Assembly (NCBI GenBank): GCA_963733675.1
Contig: CAVTET010000005.1
Span: forward strand, 96,001 to 160,000
Direction: 5' to 3'
Source of the DNA: an uncultured Methanosarcinaceae archaeon
Lineage (GTDB): Archaea > Halobacteriota > Methanosarcinia > Methanosarcinales > Methanosarcinaceae
DNA: 64,000 nt
In this document: piece after piece, positions 60,796-64,000 of the stretch
Layout: every line of letters begins with the position of its first letter
Position numbering within the stretch: the stretch's first letter is position 1
Notes under the pieces: model-generated
What the model saw: only the letters and a program-made list of their open reading frames with translations
What the model was told of the DNA's origin: nothing
The model's database searches: none
Made by a program: the position numbers and the translations under genes

Positions 60796-61160
60796 AAGAT
60801 CACGTTACGATTTTTATCCTGGCTAGGTCAACTTTAGTAAGTTATTAATTCTATAAATAGAGTTTAACTTCATACTGGTTTGTCCTACATTCTGTATATT
60901 GTACACAGATGTAGAATTTGTTTGCCTATTTGACCACCATATATTCATTGAAAGTTAGATTAATTTTTAAGCTATTGTCATATTGAGAAAATGGATGGCA
61001 CTCTTGTGTACATCTGTAGTAAGTGGATTTATATTTTCTAGCTGGATTTTACTGCTTTTGGTAGAGTAGCATTCTTCGGCTTGTTCCGCTTTCTCAAAGT
61101 TTTATTTTAGAATAAAATCCTTCTTGTGACAATACTAGGTTCTGACAAATAAGGAATGGA

Positions 61161-62147
61161 TCAGAGGCACAAATGAATTCCTACTATCTGGATTACTGCC
61201 ATAAAGGCAGCAAGTGAGAATCCTGAAGCAATTGCTATTAATTGGGATACTCTTTTTATATCCTTTATTTCAGTAGGGGGGTATAATGCTCCCAAAACGT
61301 AATAATCAGGCTTTTCGAGTTTGACTCCGAGAGCTCCTGCAGTCGCAGCCATAGGATAGCCGGAATTAGGAGATGGAGTTTTCATGCCATCTTCCAGGAC
61401 ACTCTTGATACTATTAAAGGGGTTTATTTTTCCTTGTTTTTTCGGGAGCATAGCTACTATAAGAGCTGCTGCAAGAATAAATATGACAGATATTCGAGCT
61501 GGGATCCAGTTCAATGCATCATCGGATTTCGCAGAGAAGTATCCTAGTTCCTTATACTGTTTGGTAGTATACCCAACCATGGAATCTAGGGTACTTATAG
61601 CTTTGAATGCATATGCAGCAACAAGCCCGAATTCCCCAAATAGAACATAATATAAAATGGGGCTCAAGATGCAGTCTACGTAATTCTCGGATACAGATTC
61701 AATAACTGCAGAAGACATCTGGGTCTTTGTCAGTTTGGAAGTGTTCCGACTTACATAGATAGGAAGCAATTCTCTGACTTTTTCAAGCCTGTTTTCTTCA
61801 AGGTACTTGTAAATCTCCCTTGCCGGACTCAGGAGACATTTAATAGCAAATGTAGCTTTCAGGAAATAAGCTTCTATAAGGATTGCAAGAATTCTTGGCA
61901 TTCCAGGAAGAGCTGCAATGTATAGGACGAAATAACCAAGTGAAGCTGCGAAAAAAACACAGCAGAGAACCATTATAAATCCATAAAATTTTCTATGGAT
62001 TTTAGGAGCTATATTTTTCAGAAAATTAATTAATTTTCCCATCCATATAACCGGATGCACAGCAGCTGGCGGTTCCCCGAAAATGATGTCTATAGTTATT
62101 GCCAGCAAAAGTACCATAGCCAGGTGACCGCTATCTGGCATGATCAT
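61161..62147 (-). CDS. cbiB: Adenosylcobinamide-phosphate synthase
   Basis: HPV.WMG, ES.SEN, TLDSMVGY and SPNSG motifs. Confidence 0.93.
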   Translation of the reverse strand: MIMPDSGHLAMVLLLAITIDIIFGEPPAAVHPVIWMGKLINFLKNIAPKIHRKFYGFIMVLCCVFFAASLGYFVLYIAALPGMPRILAILIEAYFLKATFAIKCLLSPAREIYKYLEENRLEKVRELLPIYVSRNTSKLTKTQMSSAVIESVSENYVDCILSPILYYVLFGEFGLVAAYAFKAISTLDSMVGYTTKQYKELGYFSAKSDDALNWIPARISVIFILAAALIVAMLPKKQGKINPFNSIKSVLEDGMKTPSPNSGYPMAATAGALGVKLEKPDYYVLGALYPPTEIKDIKRVSQLIAIASGFSLAAFMAVIQIVGIHLCL

Positions 62148-63634
62148 AGACTCGGCTCCACTACTTTTTTCCAGGCTATTTTCACAAGTTCATCAGCATC
62201 TTCTTCCTGCATGAGGGTGTCAAGGATTTTTCGGGCTATTTCCTTATTGTGAACAATATGGCAGTCGATACAACTCCATACTTTGCTGCCCCCTGAGCTC
62301 GTTATCCATTTTCCCTTTGTGCATTCGTTCTCACATGGATAAAAAGGGCAGAAGCAGAAGGTACAGTTTTGACCTTCAAAATGACAGGGATAGTATTCAC
62401 AGGTCTTCCGACCTTCGATTCCTATTTCAGAGGCGTTTTCAATTACATTCTGTAGTTCATTCTTTGCCTGTTCTTTGCCCCATTGGGAAATGACATCTCC
62501 TATTGCAGCAACAAGCTTGTCATTTTCTTCTGCGTTCCGGACTGCAACTCTTATGTATTCTTTCTCAAGGCCACGGAACGAGACACAGTCCCGGATAAGA
62601 ACTCCACGAGCTGCAAGGCATGCGCTCAATTCGCTGGAATTAAGAATGAATTTGCTGATATCAACTAAAATAAAATTTACATTTACTTCCCCTGCTTTGA
62701 ATCCCCTAATTTTGTCGAGTTTAGCTTTGAGCTTTTCTCCTTCTTCTCTGATTAAAGCTCTTGCTTTTCCAAGATACGGATTGTTTATACCGCCTTCGAT
62801 GTTAAGAAGTGCAGTTCCTATAACATTTGCCACTGTACCAAGGTTCCAGGAGAGCCTGGAGGCATTAAGGATTTCAGTCATTTCAGGGGTAGCTACCCCG
62901 AAGCCCATTCTTATTCCTGGCATTGCAAAATCCTTCGTAAGGGAACGAAGGACAAAAACGTAGTTATTTATTGCTGCTAGATCTGCAACACTCTGGGAAG
63001 GATCAGAGAGTTCGATAAAGGCCTCATCCACGAAAAGGAGAGTACCATGATTCCGACAGCGTTCTGCAAGAGCTTTAATTTCTTCTTTGGTGCGGAGCTT
63101 TCCTGTTGGGTTATTCGGATTGCAAATAAAAAGGATTTTTGCTCTCTCAAGAACCTCATTAGGAAGTGTTTCTACATCTTCCTCATTGGAATATTCAGGT
63201 CTTGCTCCCATGATTTGGCATTGTAATTCATATTCCCCGAAAGTGGGCCATGGGAAAAGAATCGTATCCCCTTTTTCAACCACACATTCGACTACAAGCC
63301 GAATAATTTCCGTGGAACCATTACCAGGAATAATATTTTGTGGAGTTACTCCGTGCCCTACAAACCTTGCTGCAGCATTTCTGAACTCCAGATACCGATT
63401 ATCTGGATACTTCATAAGTTTTTCGACACTCTTTTTGAGAATGTTATCTAAGTTTAATCCGCTGTCCTCATTCTCAAAGGGATTTCCCAGGGGATTTAAG
63501 TTTGTACTGAAGTCAAGAATTTCGCTTTCAGGAATCCCGTAAGTCTCAGAAGTTTCTTGAATTAGCCCTCCATGCCTACAGGATTTCAGGGTTAGTAGAT
63601 GCTCTTTTAGAGGTACACTTCTTTGCTTTGACAC
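62144..63634 (-). CDS. cobD: L-threonine-O-3-phosphate decarboxylase with C-terminal Cys-rich domain
   Basis: HGG, DFS.N.NP, NPNNPTG and RSLTK motifs; C-terminal CEYYPCH...CTFCFCPFYPC. Confidence 0.93.
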   Translation of the reverse strand: MSKQRSVPLKEHLLTLKSCRHGGLIQETSETYGIPESEILDFSTNLNPLGNPFENEDSGLNLDNILKKSVEKLMKYPDNRYLEFRNAAARFVGHGVTPQNIIPGNGSTEIIRLVVECVVEKGDTILFPWPTFGEYELQCQIMGARPEYSNEEDVETLPNEVLERAKILFICNPNNPTGKLRTKEEIKALAERCRNHGTLLFVDEAFIELSDPSQSVADLAAINNYVFVLRSLTKDFAMPGIRMGFGVATPEMTEILNASRLSWNLGTVANVIGTALLNIEGGINNPYLGKARALIREEGEKLKAKLDKIRGFKAGEVNVNFILVDISKFILNSSELSACLAARGVLIRDCVSFRGLEKEYIRVAVRNAEENDKLVAAIGDVISQWGKEQAKNELQNVIENASEIGIEGRKTCEYYPCHFEGQNCTFCFCPFYPCENECTKGKWITSSGGSKVWSCIDCHIVHNKEIARKILDTLMQEEDADELVKIAWKKVVEPSL

Positions 63635-64000
63635 GGTGATCTAAAATATTAGTGTAAATCATGTATATTAAGTTACTTATTATATTAAGCAGTGCAAACT
63701 TTCCTTTATTTGCTTTACAATTGTTTGATTGTGAAAACTTTCATTTTGGAAATCCATTTTACTTTATTTCACAAAACAAATATATTACCATAATATTATT
63801 TTTTATTTATCTGTGAAGTTTTCACTGATTTCGGAGAATAGTAAAAATGTAACTATTCAAGTACTCTTTTGAAAGCTAATCAATTTTATCTCATACTTAG
63901 GGGAAATTTGATTCAACACTAATTTAATAGTTTGATTTTAATGTTGAAACGGTAGTTTCAATTTGCTGATTCCAGAAAGATTATTCTTATTCAGTTACAA

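Overview
AT-rich archaeal chromosomal segment; gene content and protein style point to Methanosarcina (inference). Intact genes include mtnP, a ThyX-like orphan, aksA, a GT4 glycosyltransferase, galT, a GT3-type glycogen synthase, ppsA, part of a DUF134/NifB-NifX/MinD-like/Mrp Fe-S operon, a divergent nadE, trmB, glnK, a Hanks-type Ser/Thr kinase and the cobD-cbiB-cobZ-cobS-cobY operon. They lie among more than 20 pseudogenes or fragments, including H+-ATPase, gpmI, gap, amt, kdpD, OYE, APC permeases, Hsp20, TspO and leuD. Mobile DNA comprises four IS6 copies (one intact), IS5 and IS200/IS605-tnpB remnants and at least three MITE families. The strongest candidate for a new system is a 181-bp near-perfect inverted duplication that copies the trmB/glnK divergent promoter, its palindrome and the trmB 5' end in front of a divergent nadE. 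Other candidates: a KdpD that ends after its GAF domain near a Ser/Thr kinase, a perfect 50-bp inverted repeat around a 258-bp spacer, an intact ThyX-fold orphan lacking the catalytic motif, and an in-frame GAPDH::YVTN chimera. No rRNA, tRNA or CRISPR array was recognised. All calls were made by eye with no database searches, and remnant boundaries are approximate.
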